Position numbers and translations under genes: made by a program. DNA of 63,983 bases, the filler included, from Welwitschia mirabilis (Eukaryota): the NCBI GenBank assembly GCA_051453625.1. It is 5 parts of one record of this genome, joined end to end, with 100 filler letters (N's around TTAATTAATTAA, not from the genome) between each part and the next. Parts side by side here need not be neighbours in the genome. Positions count along the whole stretch, not along the records: positions 1 to 23,308 come from JBOZIK010000001.1; 4 more parts are not named here. One strand, 5' to 3'. Within the stretch, counting starts at the first letter, position 1. Each line of letters opens with the position of its first letter. Positions 1 to 14,600 of the stretch are shown one piece after another. The notes beneath the pieces were generated by a model. It did no database searches and was not told where the DNA came from. It saw nothing but the letters and a program-made list of their open reading frames with translations.

Positions 1-1004
1 ATTTTATGTTTTTCTTGGATCTACTTATTATTAAAAGCTCAATATCTATCAAAATCCACATAAAATATAATCATATTAGTTGTTTATTTTCTACCCTTTA
101 TGATTCCACACGATTCCAAGTCATGATTTTAGTTATTTCTATAATTTTAAACTTTTAGCCTAGAAAATGCTTCCATAGTAATTCCACATGTTAAAAGTAT
201 GATTTAGATCCAAAGTGAGAAGAATCATCATCAATCATCGAACAATAAGGAAACATTAAAACATAACTAAAAGTAGGTAATATGATTTTATATGACATCA
301 AGTCATTTAGTCAATCTAATTAGTTGTGAATAAAAAGTTTAGAAATAAAACATTAGTTGGACTTTGAAAAAGAATAAAGTGCAAGAGAAAGGAAATGAAT
401 AGTTACTAATGAATTAATAACTAATAATAATTTAATAGGTTACAAAATATGTAGTATTTAAAAAAAAAGTAATATAAAAGGATTGTATTATATTAGAAGT
501 AACATCATAGATTTTTAAAATTGTATAACTTTGAAATGTATGTTACATGTTACTTCTTCTATCTTTTCCCCCTTCATATAGATGTTACATATGTGACTTG
601 AAATAAGACAATTTAAATTGTCCATGTTGTTTGTAACACACTTATTTTATAAGATTTACTTCACTACTATACATCGCCTTTTATTGCCTGATACATTTAC
701 TTATGTTACTTCTTGATTAAATATAAGATTTTCATTACTTGCAAACATCATGATTATACTTAACTTCTAATTTATAGTTTGTTAAGAGACACATGTTGTC
801 ACATATACTAATTATTGATATAAATTTCTTTATCTAGGCTTGAAAAATCAACACCTCTTACTTTTGAAAATGAGAAACCCCAAATATGCTTTGGATGACG
901 TGGTTAGATTACAAGTACCTAAGAGCTTATCATATCATAGGATAGTCAAAACTCACAATAGGGATATGCTTTCTCAAAAGCCTAGTGCAAACTTCATGAA
1001 AATA

Positions 1005-1725
1005 CTTAACAAATAAAAATAAAAGAATTAAAGTGAAAGAAAGAGAAAAGATATAGAGCAACTCCATGGAATGTGTTCTTAAGTTAGTTTGAGAGTTTTC
1101 CAAGGTAGAACCTAGTCCAAATCTAGTAAATAAAGATAGATGTCTCAAAAATGAGTCTCCTTCCCAAACCTAAAGGAAAACTAGCCTTTGGAAGAAAGGG
1201 AATAAGAAGAGAATATTACTAATATGAAACCGGTTCTTGCTACTAAGAAGAGCCTACTCTACTCTCTCTATAGGCTAAGAGGAATACCTGTTAGAGGGAC
1301 ATTTTGAAAACTACTCAAACATGCCTCTCCATAAGGCTTTTAGAGCTTAAAAAATAAAAGAGTTATCTTACCACTAGTAATAAAAATTCCTTAAGTCATA
1401 AAATATTCTTTCTTAGTGAAATGAAAGTAAATGTTTTGCAACTTATTTCTTATCTCACCACTAATGACAAGGAGGAACAAGAAGAAGTGAAGAATGAAAG
1501 TCCATCCTTGTAAACAAGGATAAGCTCTTACTAGAACCAATGGTTGAAAGTAATAATTAAAAAGGGATACACACTAAATAAAGATCAAGTGTAATTGGGA
1601 CCAAATAGGCCATCCAATATTAATTTATGTAGGAATAGTAAAGTGGGGANNNNNNNNNNNNNNNNNNNNNNNNNNNNNNNNNACAAGAATGAAGAACTAA
1701 TGGATTGCATCATGAAGGTAGAGAC
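1005..1725. repeat. Unclassified repeat 'X', left part (interrupted by Copia A; resumes at 11501-11648)
   Basis: Colinear with 21815-22530 (e.g. caactccatggaatgtgttcttaagttagtttgagagttttc vs caactccatgaaatatgtctttaagcttatttgagagttttc). The 11501-11648 piece matches the continuation at 22526-22674. Confidence 0.8.
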
Positions 1726-3190
1726 TATTGAATTATTATTTATCAACTAATCTCAAACTAATATTTTTGTATAGTGAAATTTATTGTATTTTGTGCAAAA
1801 AATATTAATCACTTATAGGTTATAAGCTAAAGTATTTTATGTCAAATTTTGATTTTAAAACCTTTTAAGTTTTGTTACCCTTTTAAGGGATTAACTAGAC
1901 TTCTAAGGGGTTGACTGCACCTAAAGTGGATATATAGAACTGAACTAAATTTAGAAGAATCAACCAAACATTTGAGGGATTGACTGGACCTGTGAACTTA
2001 AGCACCAGTACTTGTAAATATATCATCAAGGGGTTAACTAGATATTTGAGGGATTAACTAGACCTAAGAAGTATGCATTTAATACTACTAAACCAATCAT
2101 TATGAGGTCAACCAAACATTTAAGAAGTCAATTAAACCTGAGCACTATGCATCTGATACTTCTTAATTGATTATCAAGGGGTCCACTAGATATCTGAGGT
2201 ATTAACCAAACCTAAGCACTATGCATCCAATACTTCCCAATTGATTAATAATGAGTCAACTAGATTTATGAGGGGTTGACTAGACCTAGACTAGAAAAAC
2301 TATGATGGATTTTATTTAGACTAAGTAGATAACCAGATAGATACGCGGGTGACTAAATGAGTAATTGACTAAATCCTGAGGAGTCAACTAAACATGGAGC
2401 CATAATAAATTAGATCGACTAAAAAAACATAAGGGCAATCAATTTAAATGATGGTACTAAGGGGATAAACTAGACTTTTAAGGGGTCAACTAGTCATGAT
2501 GAAAACATAAATTTTATAGCTATTATGTATCTATTTTATGGTAGTTGAAAGATCTTTTTGCTTATAAAAAATCCTAAAAATTTTTTACTATATATTATCA
2601 AGAGACATATCACTGTTACATTTTTTTATCAAACTTTTGAATCTTTTGGATTTTCTTATTATACTTATTTGCAGCTTATTTTTAACCAAATACAAACCAA
2701 AAACTATGGTATCATTACATACATGGTCAAATCTATAGCACTCTTTGTTTTTAGACTATACCATCTTTAGGAAAAGTGCTTCAATGTCATTCTTGAGCTA
2801 AAGATCAAGTCATACTTATGCATTTTAGCATACTATAATTACTACTATGCTTTATTACAAAAGGTTAAGACTAAGCCTTCAAAATAAGCCCATTTGTAAA
2901 AGTTACAAATGAACCTGCAATACCTAGAAGAGATTAACAAAGATTTAGACTAGGCTTGGATAGAAGATGATTGTCAAAAATGGAGTATGGATTTTTTCCA
3001 AATCACTATAAATCTTGTATGCTTTTGATTAGTATTTTTGTACTTTTTATTATTTTATTTTTTTGAATAGTTTTAGTTTTCTTGCACAAGTTTTTAGTGA
3101 TTAATTTCAAGCAAGTTAATATTGTAAAGTTATTTTAATATTTTTAGAAATCTATTCACTTGTCCCTCCTTTAGGGTTCTCAATCCTACA
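1726..3190 (+). repeat. 5' LTR of Copia A
   Basis: Starts tattgaattattatt (TG decayed to TA), ends aatcctaca; colinear with 10124-11500; contains an internal array of ~20-60 bp repeats. Confidence 0.9.
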
Positions 3191-6100
3191 CTTGATATCA
3201 AAGATTCGTTGAGTCCATGTTAAGATCCTAATAGATCTAGATTCTAGCACACAAAAAGAAGTAACTCATTTGATAGTTTTTTTACTAGTCATCCATCTAT
3301 GTTTGATGGATTAAATTATGCTTATTAAAAAGCCTGAATGAGAATATTTCTTATATCCTTAGATGCTAAAATCGAAAAGGTTATTTACAATGAATATACT
3401 ATGCCTACTTTAATAAAAATGGACGATAATGATAATACCATTTTAGTTCTAAAAACCTGAGACTAATGGAATTCCACTAATAGATCTAGAGCTACCATAG
3501 GTGTCTATGCTCTTAATGATACATTTCATGTAATTTTCATAAACAAATTCAAGTGGATTGTAAACTATGAACATGCAAAGAAGGCATGGAATATTTATAA
3601 ACTTGCAACAAAGGGACATCCATCATTAAACAAGACAAACTCCAAAGTCTTATCTTAAAATTTGAAAACATTCATATGGATAAGGAGGAAATTTTATAAG
3701 AATTCTTTTCCAATATTACAAACATTATGAATTCCATGGCTAGTCTGGTTGAAAGATTAGATGAGCCAAAAGTGGTCAGAAAAGTGCTAGTATCCCTTTT
3801 AAAGAGATTTTAACCAAAAGTCACAGTAATCAAAGAAAGAAAGAACATCAACATGATGGCTTTAGATAGACTTCAAGGTAATTTGCAAACATATGAATTA
3901 AAATTTTCTAAAGATAAGAAAAAAGATATTATTTAGAAATGTGTGTAGGAAGAGTACAGATCAAAGAAATATGATGAAGATCTAAATGATGATGAAGTTG
4001 CTCTCTTAGCAAAAAGATTCAAGAAATTTTTGCATAGAAAAAAAGGAAGGTAAGCTAGTTAGAGGTACAAGAAGAGGACACTCAAAGTTTAGAAAGTATT
4101 AAGACAAATGAAAAGAGATCCAATGCTATGTATACAAATACTTTAGACACATGGCAAATGAGTTCCTGAATAATAATATAAAACAAAGAAAATCAAATAC
4201 ATCTTCATTTCTTACAACATGGAATAATGTGAATAAGGATGATGATAATAGTTCAGGTCAAGATTCAAATGGAGATAGAAAACTCTCTTTCATGGCAATC
4301 ATGCCTCTATTATAGAAATTGCCTAGTATATAAAAACCTAATGATTTATATATCATTGAAGAAGAATAGGATGAGATCGAAGATACTTGTTAGGAACTAT
4401 ACTTGGAATGTGAAAATTTAGTAAAGTGCATAAATGATTTGAATAAGATTGTAAAATCTCTCACTAAAGAAAAGAAGAAAATGGAATTGAAGTATAAAAT
4501 GGTCAAATCTAAAAATTTCAATCTCATTCTATAGGTAAAAGGTTTATCTTATTTTGTCAATAAATTTTCTAGTGGTTCATTTAAATTTAAATAGATTCTT
4601 GGAATTCAGAAACCAAATCATGATAAGTTAGGTATTGGTTTCATCCCCTAAAAATCACAAAGTCAGCAAAATAAAGTAACTTGGCAAAATAAGTTTATTT
4701 CTAAAGTTACTTATCATTTCCATGATAAGTCAAGTCATTCAAAGCTATTTTGCAATGTTAAAAAATTGATGTTATTTTCAAATTCAGTTAGTTCCTTTCC
4801 ATTTAAATTTATTTCAAAATGAGGTGTATCATATTAGTCTAAAAGGACTAAGTAGATGAAAGATAATGATTTGAAAAGTCTTTTGATTCAGACATCATTT
4901 AGGGTTCCAAATGGCACTAGCTAGTATTTAAATAGTGGGTGCTCATGACATATGACAGGAGATAGATCCAAATTCAAATAGTTAAGTGATTTTGATGGAT
5001 AAGAAGTTACTTCTTGATGATAATGTAAGAGCAAAAAATTAAAGGTATTGGAAGCATCGATGAAGGTAACTTACCTAGAATAAATGAAGTTTTGTATGTT
5101 AATGGCTTAAAGCATAATTGTACTTGTTTTTTTAATGTTAATCAATAAGAGATTTGGCATAAATAATTAGATCATGCTAATTATGATTATTTAAAAACTA
5201 TTATTAGAAAAGAAATGAGCAAAGGTATTCTAAAAATAAATGTTAAAAAAAGGTCTTTATGATGCATGCGAAAAGGAAAAATAAGTAAGAACATCACACA
5301 AGAGTAAAAACAAAGTTTCCACAACTATGCCTTTAGAACTTATTCATATGGACTTGGGAGGTTCCACTCAAACTTAAAGTTTAGGAGATAAATGCTATTT
5401 TCTCACTATGGTTGATTATTTCTCTAGATATACATGGGTTTCATTTCTTTCAAATAAATCTAAAACTTACAAATATTGGGTTGAGATATGCAATAAAATT
5501 CAAAATGAAAGAGGGTATACCATAAAGAAAATAAGAAGTAACCATGGTAGTGATTTCAAAAGTCATTTATTTGAGAAGTATTACATTGATAATGGCATTG
5601 ATCATCAATTTTCAGCCTCTAAAAAACCAAAAAAAAAAAAGGTATTACTAAAAGAGAGAATAGGCCCCTCCAAGAAATGGAAAGAACTATGTTAAATGAT
5701 AAAGAGGTTCTAAAATTTTTTGGGGCTGAAGCTATTAGTATTGCATATTATATTAGAAACAGATTTTATCTTAGACTGAGTATAGATAAAACTCGTTATG
5801 AGTTATGAAAAGAAATACAACCAAATATTTCTTATTTTAAAGCTTTTAGAAGTAAATGTGATGTGATAAATTATAGAGAACATTTAAGCAAATTTGAATC
5901 TAAAGCTGATGAAGCTATATTTTTGGGATATTCAATTAGAATTAGATCTTATCATGTTTTTAATAAGAGAATTTTAACTATAGAAAAATCAATACATGTG
6001 CAAATTAATGATGTTGACATAAGGCCTATTTGTTCAAATGATGAGAAAGACATATCTCCAAACACCCCCATAACTAAATTAGTATCTACTAAAAAAGAAG

Positions 6101-9100
6101 AATTTCTTATAAAATAAGTCACAACGAAAAAGTTTAAAGAGCTAAAAGATCACCCTTTAGGGTCTATTATTAGAGAAGTTAGCTGAAATGTAAAGATAAA
6201 GAGCTCTATAAAGAATTTTTATACCCACATTTGTTATGTTTCACAAATAGAACCTAAGAAATTTAAAGAAGCTGAATCCGATGAAGAATGAATGATGGTC
6301 ATGTAAGATGAATTATAATAATTTAAAAGAAATAATGTTTGAAAGCTTGTAGAAAAGTTAAAAGATAAAAATATCATTGGGACTAAGTGGATTTTTAAGA
6401 ACAAATGTGAGGAAAAAAACAATGTCATTAAAAATAAAGCAAGATTAGTAGCATAAGGCTACAACCAAATTAAAGACATTAATATAGGTGATACATTTGC
6501 TCTGATAGCAAGTCTTGATAGCATTAGAATGTTTTTATCATTTGTAGCTTCTAAGAACATCAAAGTGTATCAAATGGATGTAAAGAATGCTTTTTTAAAT
6601 GAAATTCTAAATGAATAAGTGTATGTATGACAACTACAAGGTTTTGTAGATCATCATAAATCTAATCATGTTTATAGACTTAAGAAATATTTGTATGAGT
6701 TATAGCAAGCTCCAAGATCATGGTATGAAAATTTAGCCACGTTTCTAAATGATAATGGTTATATTTATGAAACAGTATATAAGACTTTATTTGTTAAGAA
6801 TTTGAAAAATGATTTTATTATTATACAAATTTATGTGGATGATATCATATTTTATGCTTCTAATGAAGGTCTATCTAAATAATTTGTAAATATTATGATA
6901 ACACATTTTGAGATAAGCATGCTTAGTTAAGTGAAAATATTTCTTGATTTATATATTAATAAAATAAAAAATAAAAGTTTAATAATATTTAATCAAATGT
7001 TTTAGATTGAAAAATGCTAAAATAACTGACACTCCAATATTCACATCTTATAAAGTTAGTTTGGATAAAGATGGAAAATCAATAGATTAGAAGCTTCACA
7101 AGAGTATGATTGGAAGTTTATTGTATTTGACTACAAGTAGACTTGATATCATGTTTAGTATTGGTGTGTGTACAAGGTACCAAACCCAACCAAAAAAAAA
7201 CACTTATAAGTAATAAAAAAATAATTAGATATATAAAAGACACGTGTGATTATGGTTTCTCGTACCCAACCGAGACATCTTTTGAACTTATAGGATTTAG
7301 TAATGTAAATTAGACTAGATATAAGAATGCTAAAAAGAAAGTGATAAATGTTTCTTATTAAGATTGTGCTTAATGGAATAGGTAAGTAAAAATAAAAATT
7401 CGTTCTCCCTTTCAATGGAAGAATCTAACTATATTATAGTAGGGATTTGTTGTGCTTGTCTCCTTTTAATGAAGGAAATGCTAAAGGATTTTAGTGTAAG
7501 TTTTGAATAGGTTTCTATTTNNNNNNNNNNTGTAATAAATATTTCTAAAAATTTTATTAAACACTTAAGAACTAAACACATTGAACTAAGACATCATATT
7601 TTAAGAGATCAAGTTGAAAAGAAAACATTACTATGAATTTTATTAGTATAAATTGTCGACTTGTAGATATCTTTATCAAACTCCTAAATGGTGATAATTT
7701 TCTTTATCTTTGAAATGAACTAGGGATTATCTCACTACTCATTAGCTCATTGCAAGATGGTCTACCAGATCTATGATTCAATCAACTAGAGATGATCTGT
7801 GGACTAGCTTGAAAGCCTACTCATCTGGACCCTAACAGTACTATGACTTACATCTCGATGGGCTGACTGAAACTTAAACTAGTTGATTAGACCTGTAGGG
7901 TTACAATGTAGAAGATTCATTAGTGAACTCAATTTATTTATCAATATTAACCTAATTAACCTTCTCTTTAAAATAAAGTAAAGCATAAACCCTTTTTATT
8001 ATTTTCTAGCCACCTGTCTTCTTTAGATCTAGTGTTTCTCTAAGGTTTTTCTTATCTTCAAGCTCTTGTCAAGTGGTTGAAATGGCCAAGAGATCCTTCA
8101 AGAGAAGGATAAAAAAGACTACCATTAGAGATCCTCACTTTTTCTACTAGGGCATATATGATGAAGATTTAAAAAAATTCCAGAAGAAGTTTGAGAAGAA
8201 GTCAATTTTCCATGAAAGATCTGTTGCTATTTTAAAGCTTAGAAAGCTCATAAATGTGATCCAACTCTTGTGAGATCTAGATTTGTCTTTTTTCAAAATA
8301 TTTCAAGTTCTTTTTATCCTTTTATTATTAGTATGTTTTATTGTAATGCTTCTTATAACACTAGCACTAGAACCCTTAAAATAAACCTATGGGAAAGAGG
8401 ATGAAGATGACCACAAACTTTATTGCAACCATTACTAATTTTTTAAGAGGAAACTATAAGGAGTTTTAGCCTCTTCATGACTTCATAGAAGACAAAGCAG
8501 ATATTACAATAGAGATTTGTGATAAGTTTCATAGCTAGAAGCACACTATTTTTGCTTATTTGCTTACCCCAAAGTATAGTATTCTNNNNNNNNNNNNNNN
8601 NNNNNNNNNNNNNNNNNNNNNNNNNNNNNNNNNNNNNNNNNNNNNNNNNNNNNNNNNNNNNNNNNNNNNNNNNNNNNNNNNNNNNNNNNNNNNNNNNNNN
8701 NNNNNNNNNNNNNNNNNNNNNNNNNNNNNNNNNNNNNNNNNNNNNNNNNNNNNNNNNNNNNNNNNNNNNNNNNNNNNNNNNNNNNNNNNNNNNNNNNNNN
8801 NNNNNNNNNNNNNNNNNNNNNNNNNNNNNNNNNNNNNNNNNNNNNNNNNNNNNNNNNNNNNNNNNNNNNNNNNNNNNNNNNNNNNNNNNNNNNNNNNNNN
8901 NNNNNNNNNNNNNNNNNNNNNNNNNNNNNNNNNNNNNNNNNNNNNNNNNNNNNNNNNNNNNNNNNNNNNNNNNNNNNNNNNNNNNNNNNNNNNNNNNNNN
9001 NNNNNNNNNNNNNNNNNNNNNNNNNNNNNNNNNNNNNNNNNNNNNNNNNNNNNNNNNNNNNNNNNNNNNNNNNNNNNNNNNNNNNNNNNNNNNNNNNNNN

Positions 9101-10123
9101 NNNNNNNNNNNNNNNNNNNNNNNNNNNNNNNNNNNNNNNNNNNNNNNNNNNNNNNNNNNNNNNNNNNNNNNNNNNNNNNNNNNNNNNNNNNNNNNNNNNN
9201 NNNNNNNNNNNNNNNNNNNNNNNNNNNNNNNNNNNNNNNNNNNNNNNNNNNNNTTGGAGTATAATTAAACTAGGGCTTTACCCTACTCTGTGTTAATTGT
9301 AAGTCTTTGCCATCATTATCGAATCTCATTTTACCCGAAGCTTAAAACCCTTAATTACATATTGTCCATTGGGCATGTGACATTGTCTCACATACATATC
9401 TTTATTATATCGAAGAATTCCTCTAAATCTCCTTGAAGAGACTGTTTCATACTTGAGTGGATTAACTCTCATATCAAGCACATGAAAGAATCTCTAATTA
9501 CAACTGAGTATGAGATTACTGATACTTCAAAAAATGCTAGAAGCTCAGTGTAGAAGGTAGCTAAAGAAGAGGAAGAAGAAGAAGATTCTAAAGAGGAATC
9601 AAAAGGGGAGGAAGCAAAAGAATATAACTAAACCTATCTTTTGATGCTTATGTTTTTCTTTCATGCTTGTATTTCTTTTATCCTTTGTCATTGATGTTAA
9701 AAGGAGAAAAATTAATTAGTCATTTATGTTACTCTCAGTTGTATCTGCTCTTGATGAGTACTTTTCATTTTATTATTCATCTTTTAGTAATAGAAATACA
9801 CTTGTTTTTATGCTTTATAATTTGTGTTTCAAATTTTTTAGTGCACATCTATCTTCATTATGAACTAAAATTTCTGATATATCTTATGGTTATTTAATAA
9901 TTTATGATTAAATTATTATCTATTTTATTTATTTATATATATATATATATGGCACTTCAATTTTTTTTTAAATTCTAGCATAATTGAGAACTTTTAAAAT
10001 ATCTTACTTGATATAAAATGTTTAATATTTTTTCAAAAGTTAATAGAATTTTTGTAAGAGGAGTTTTTCTAAATCTAATCTCCTCAACTAAAAAATGTTT
10101 TCCATCAATGTCAAAGGGAGAGA

Positions 10124-11500
10124 TGTTAAATTATTATTTGCTAATTGATATTAAACTAATGTTTTCTATGTAATAAAATTTGTTGTATCTTATGCAAAAA
10201 ATATTAATCACTTGCAAATCAGAAGTCAAAGTATTTTATGGCACATTTAAATCCTAAAACCTATCAAGTTTTGATACCCTCTTGAGGAGTTAACCATACT
10301 TCTAAAGGGTTGATTACACTTGAAGTAAACACATAGAAGTGAATTGAATTTAGAGGGGTCAACTATACATTTGAATGGTTAACCAGACCTTTGAACCTAA
10401 GCACTAGTACTTCTAAACCGATCATCAAGAAGTCAACCAAACATTTGAGGGGTCGATCAAACATAAGTACTATGCATTCAGTACTTCTGAATCAATCATC
10501 AAGGGTCAATCATACATCTGAGGAATTGATTAAACCTGAGCACTCTACATCTAATACTTCCTAATAAATTGTCAAGAGGTTGACTAAACATCTATGAAGT
10601 TGACTAAACCTGAGCACTGTGCATCTGATACTTCCTAGCTAATTAGCAATGGGTTAACTGAATTCCTGAGGGACCGACTAGACCTGGAGAAAAAAACCTT
10701 TGACAAATTTTATTTGGACCAAGAAAGCAACTGGACAAATATGCTAATGACCAAATGAGTGGTTGACTAGATCCCAAGGGTCGACTAGATATGGGGCCAT
10801 AAGAAACTGGGTCAACTAAAAGAACACAAGGGAAACTAATTTAAGTGATGATACTAGGTGAAGTTGATCAGACTTTTGAGGGGTCGACTATATATTACCA
10901 AGAGTCAAATCACTATTACATGTTTTTATTAAACCTTTGAATCTTTTTTATTTTCTTATTGTATTCATTGGCATCTCATTCTTTACCAAAGATGAATCAA
11001 GAGCTATGGTAACTTTTCATAAGCAGTCATATCTGTAGTACTATTTATTTTTAGATTGTACCATCTTCAGGAGAAGTGATTTAATGTTATTCTTAGGCTA
11101 AAGATCAAGTGATACCCATGCATTTGGACATATTATCATCATTACTATGCTTTCTTACAAATGTTTAAGACTGAGCCTTTAGAAAAATTTATTTTTAAAG
11201 GTTACAAGTAAGCCTATAATACCTAGAAGAGATTAATAAAGATTTGGATCAAGCACAGATAAAAGCTGATCATTGAGAGTGGAGTATGGATTTTTCTTGA
11301 ATCATTATAAATCTTTTGTGCTTTTGATTGGTATTTCTATACTTTCTATTATTTCAGTTGTTAGAATACTTTTAGTTTTCTTACATAAATTTTTAATGAT
11401 TCATTTCAAGAAAGTTAATATTGGGAAGTTATTTGAATATTTTTAGAAATCTGTTCACAACCACCCCTACCCCTCCCCGGCTAGGGTTCTTGATCCTACA
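10124..11500 (+). repeat. 3' LTR of Copia A
   Basis: TGTTAAATTATTATTTG...GATCCTACA, preceded by a polypurine tract. Confidence 0.92.
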
Positions 11501-11648
11501 GAGAGTTATAAGGTTGACATAGTAACTTTCTTCTAAATGATGAGTAGGATTGAGGAATCCCATCCCTTGAATTTAAGGATGAAAATTAAGAATCCTAGAG
11601 TAATGGATAAAGATTATGAGATAAGTGAAATAGATGCATAGCATTACT

Positions 11649-14600
11649 AATAGGATTAGAATAATCCTGGAGCTGGAGCTGAATAGTTTTTTTAAAAATT
11701 ATTTGAACAACTTACACAACTTAAGAATAAACTATACTTGAATCAAATATAACAAAATCATACTCACAAGAATACTTAAAAAAAAGTAAAAGGAACAATT
11801 TTTATAGTGGTATGGGAAACACCCTACTCCATTTTCAGAAGATGATTGTTTTGGATCTATATTACTTTACTATCTACTAGGTTTTAAAGATAATCTTCAA
11901 CCTTTACAAAATAAACTTTTGTAGGATAAGTCTCAATCTTCCATAAAGATTTTAAGTGTGAGTGATACAATGATGCCTTAGTGGTTAGATTCACTTATGA
12001 AAAAGTACAACCAAAAGAGCCTTCTTACTATAATATAGTATAGAGGTAGGCATAAAAGATAGTACAAAGATTTGATAGACATATGCCTTTTGGATAGTGG
12101 GTGTGGTTCACTTTTGCATCATAGACCCATTAATAATTTCTTTATTCCTAATAACCTTTTATATAAGACTATTAAAAATTAGCTATTAGAAGGATATTAG
12201 GGACTTCTGACACATTCAACAGTTAAATTATATAAGGCAATGACCAAAAAATAACTCTCAAATTTATTACCTACATTGGTTCAGTCACCCTCACATTTCC
12301 TACACATGATGCCATTTCTTAGGTGCATATACCCTATCCAATTTTGATTTACCCTTTTGATATTAAAAGCACATAACTAACTAATTTTAGACACATGTAA
12401 ATTTATTTGGAAGCTTTCCCTTTCAACCAAATAGTAAAATAAATTAACTAAATGTAAAAGATTTTCCTTTCACATAGTTGTAAGAATAATACAAAGTAAA
12501 GGTTGAATGTTATTTTAGAAAATAAAAACAGTTAATATTTAATTAAAGCCATTTTGGGTTCTAGTAATTCTAACTATATTAGTTTCATAACAATCATAAA
12601 TTTTGAAGTTAAGATTATTGTATCACACAAAAAACCATTTTAATGCATTACTTGAAAATCCAGTGAGCATTAAAAGATGGTTTGAGAATTCATAAGACAT
12701 GACAAAAAGTTCATAAAAACATGAAAACATATTAGAATGATAACAAAAACATAACATAAACATCCAACATCCAATATGACACACATCTTATTCCCCTTTT
12801 GACATCAACAACAAAGGAAGTGAATAAAACATCCTTTAATCTTCTAATTATTCCTCTAACTCAAATGAGTATTTCTTCTTAGAAAAGCACTCTACTTGAA
12901 AAGGTCTAGCCTATGCTTCTTCCTATAAAGTATCTGCTACTAGTGCGCCGAAAGTAATAAAGACCTCCTTAATGTAACAAGTTTTAGAGTTAACTTTCTT
13001 AAGCATGAAAAGCATCTCATCTTGTAAAGAAAGTTTAACAAGAGGGGGTTGGAAAAATTTAAAGAAAGTTTCAAATATATGCATGCAAGAAATCATTACA
13101 TGTCACATTAAAATAATCAGGGTAAGAGAATCTAGCTTGGGATGAAATTTAATCCTATAATGTTTATAAATATTAGTGATACAAATAGAGTGAGGTAGGA
13201 CTTTTGGCTAATGATATTTAAGTTGGGAAACCTTTATTTAGCATAATGAATGGAACATCTATAGGCTTCATTTTTATTATAATATAAAGTAAATAGGCAT
13301 GGTAGTTAGAAGTCTCAGATCTAGACCTAAAGGAAAAATAAAATTATAAGTAAAGATAAGGTAAAACAAATAATACTTACATAGGAGATAGGAGGTAGGT
13401 AAGTTCTTCTTACATTGCAATCATTTTCCACAATGGTTACCTAGTTCTTGTTTTTAATGCTATTTGTAAAAGATCAAAAATCCTCAAGATCACTTCTTAG
13501 ACTCTTGGTAAGAGTAGAGATCAAATTTGGAGTAATGATCATCTTCTTATCCAAGATTGAAGTTGATAGATTAAAATCTCTACATTGCAAGAAGCATTTG
13601 CATAAAACATTCTTATAAGTTAAGAATAGATAGGATCTAATACATTTAAAAATTAGGTTTACTCAAACTTCTTTAGAATCTACTAACTTCTCTAAGTTCT
13701 TATATTTCATGGGGTTCAACCTTTCTTTCTTAGAAAATTTCCTTCTTCTCAAACTATTTCAAAAACATCTATACATCTTATTCAAACATCCCTACAAAGA
13801 AATAAAAGCTTGGTTTATTATCTAAAGCTTTTTCCCTTTGGTTAGAAGAGATACCCTCTAACATTTTGAAAGCTTAGAGATGAGGACAAAACAAAGATAT
13901 TAGAGAGAAAGTTAGAAATGTTGATAGCTACAATGAATAAAAAAGGAGAAAGGGCTCATTATTAAATAGAAAAGTGCTAGCTTCCTAAAGATATTTCTGG
14001 AAATAAAGTGGAGTTAATAAAATTTTGGATTTTCAACCCTTTTTGAGAGTCTTTAAATGCCATCCTAGTTAACTACATGATTGTTCTATCAACCTGCCCA
14101 ATCAACTAGTTAAAAACTTAGTTGATCTATCTATAATGCCTAATTTAAATCTAGATGATTAGTTAAAATTTTAATTGAATCCATTTAATTAGGATGATTA
14201 AGTTAACTTGAATGAAAGTTTGATTGATTGTCCAACATTTAGTTAAAGGAAAGTGATAAAATTCCTAGCTCCCTTCTTAAGATGAAAAACCTATCAAAAT
14301 TTAGGGGCTTAGAAAATATATCTACTAGTTTGTCTTTAGATTTCATGAAATTCATAAAATTATTATGTTTTTCAACTTGATTTACAAGGAAATTATGCCT
14401 AATCTCTATATGATTAGTGTGAAAGTAAAGAACTAGATTTTTTAAGATGTTAATGGCACTTTTACTATTACAAAATATTATGGCCTATTCATAATTCATC
14501 TAAAAATCCTTCATCATTTCCTTCACTCATAGAAGTTGAGTGTAATAGCTCTTGAAAACAGTGTACTCTACTTTTGTAGTTGATAATTATATAGAGTGTT

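Larger units (their letters stand above)
1726..11500 (+). mobile_element. Copia A: full-length decayed Ty1/Copia LTR retrotransposon, SIRE/Maximus-like, with extra ORF after pol
   Basis: 5' LTR 1726-3190, 3' LTR 10124-11500. Degenerate tRNA-Met PBS (ttgatatcaaag) at ~3192, PPT aagggagaga before 10124, TSD GAGAC/GAGAG. Gag ~3300-4200; protease YLNSGCS*HMTGD ~4925; integrase VDYFSRYTWV (ORF 5408); RT (YQMDVKNAF ~6570, IYVDDIIF ~6830); RNase H RTKHIELRHH ~7570; post-pol ORF remnant ~8080-9630. Many stops and frameshifts. Confidence 0.93.

Noticed and set aside
8519-9268. Long ORFs of X residues (also 25106-25888, 33347-34006, 52361-53088)
   Set aside because: Artefacts of translating N gaps
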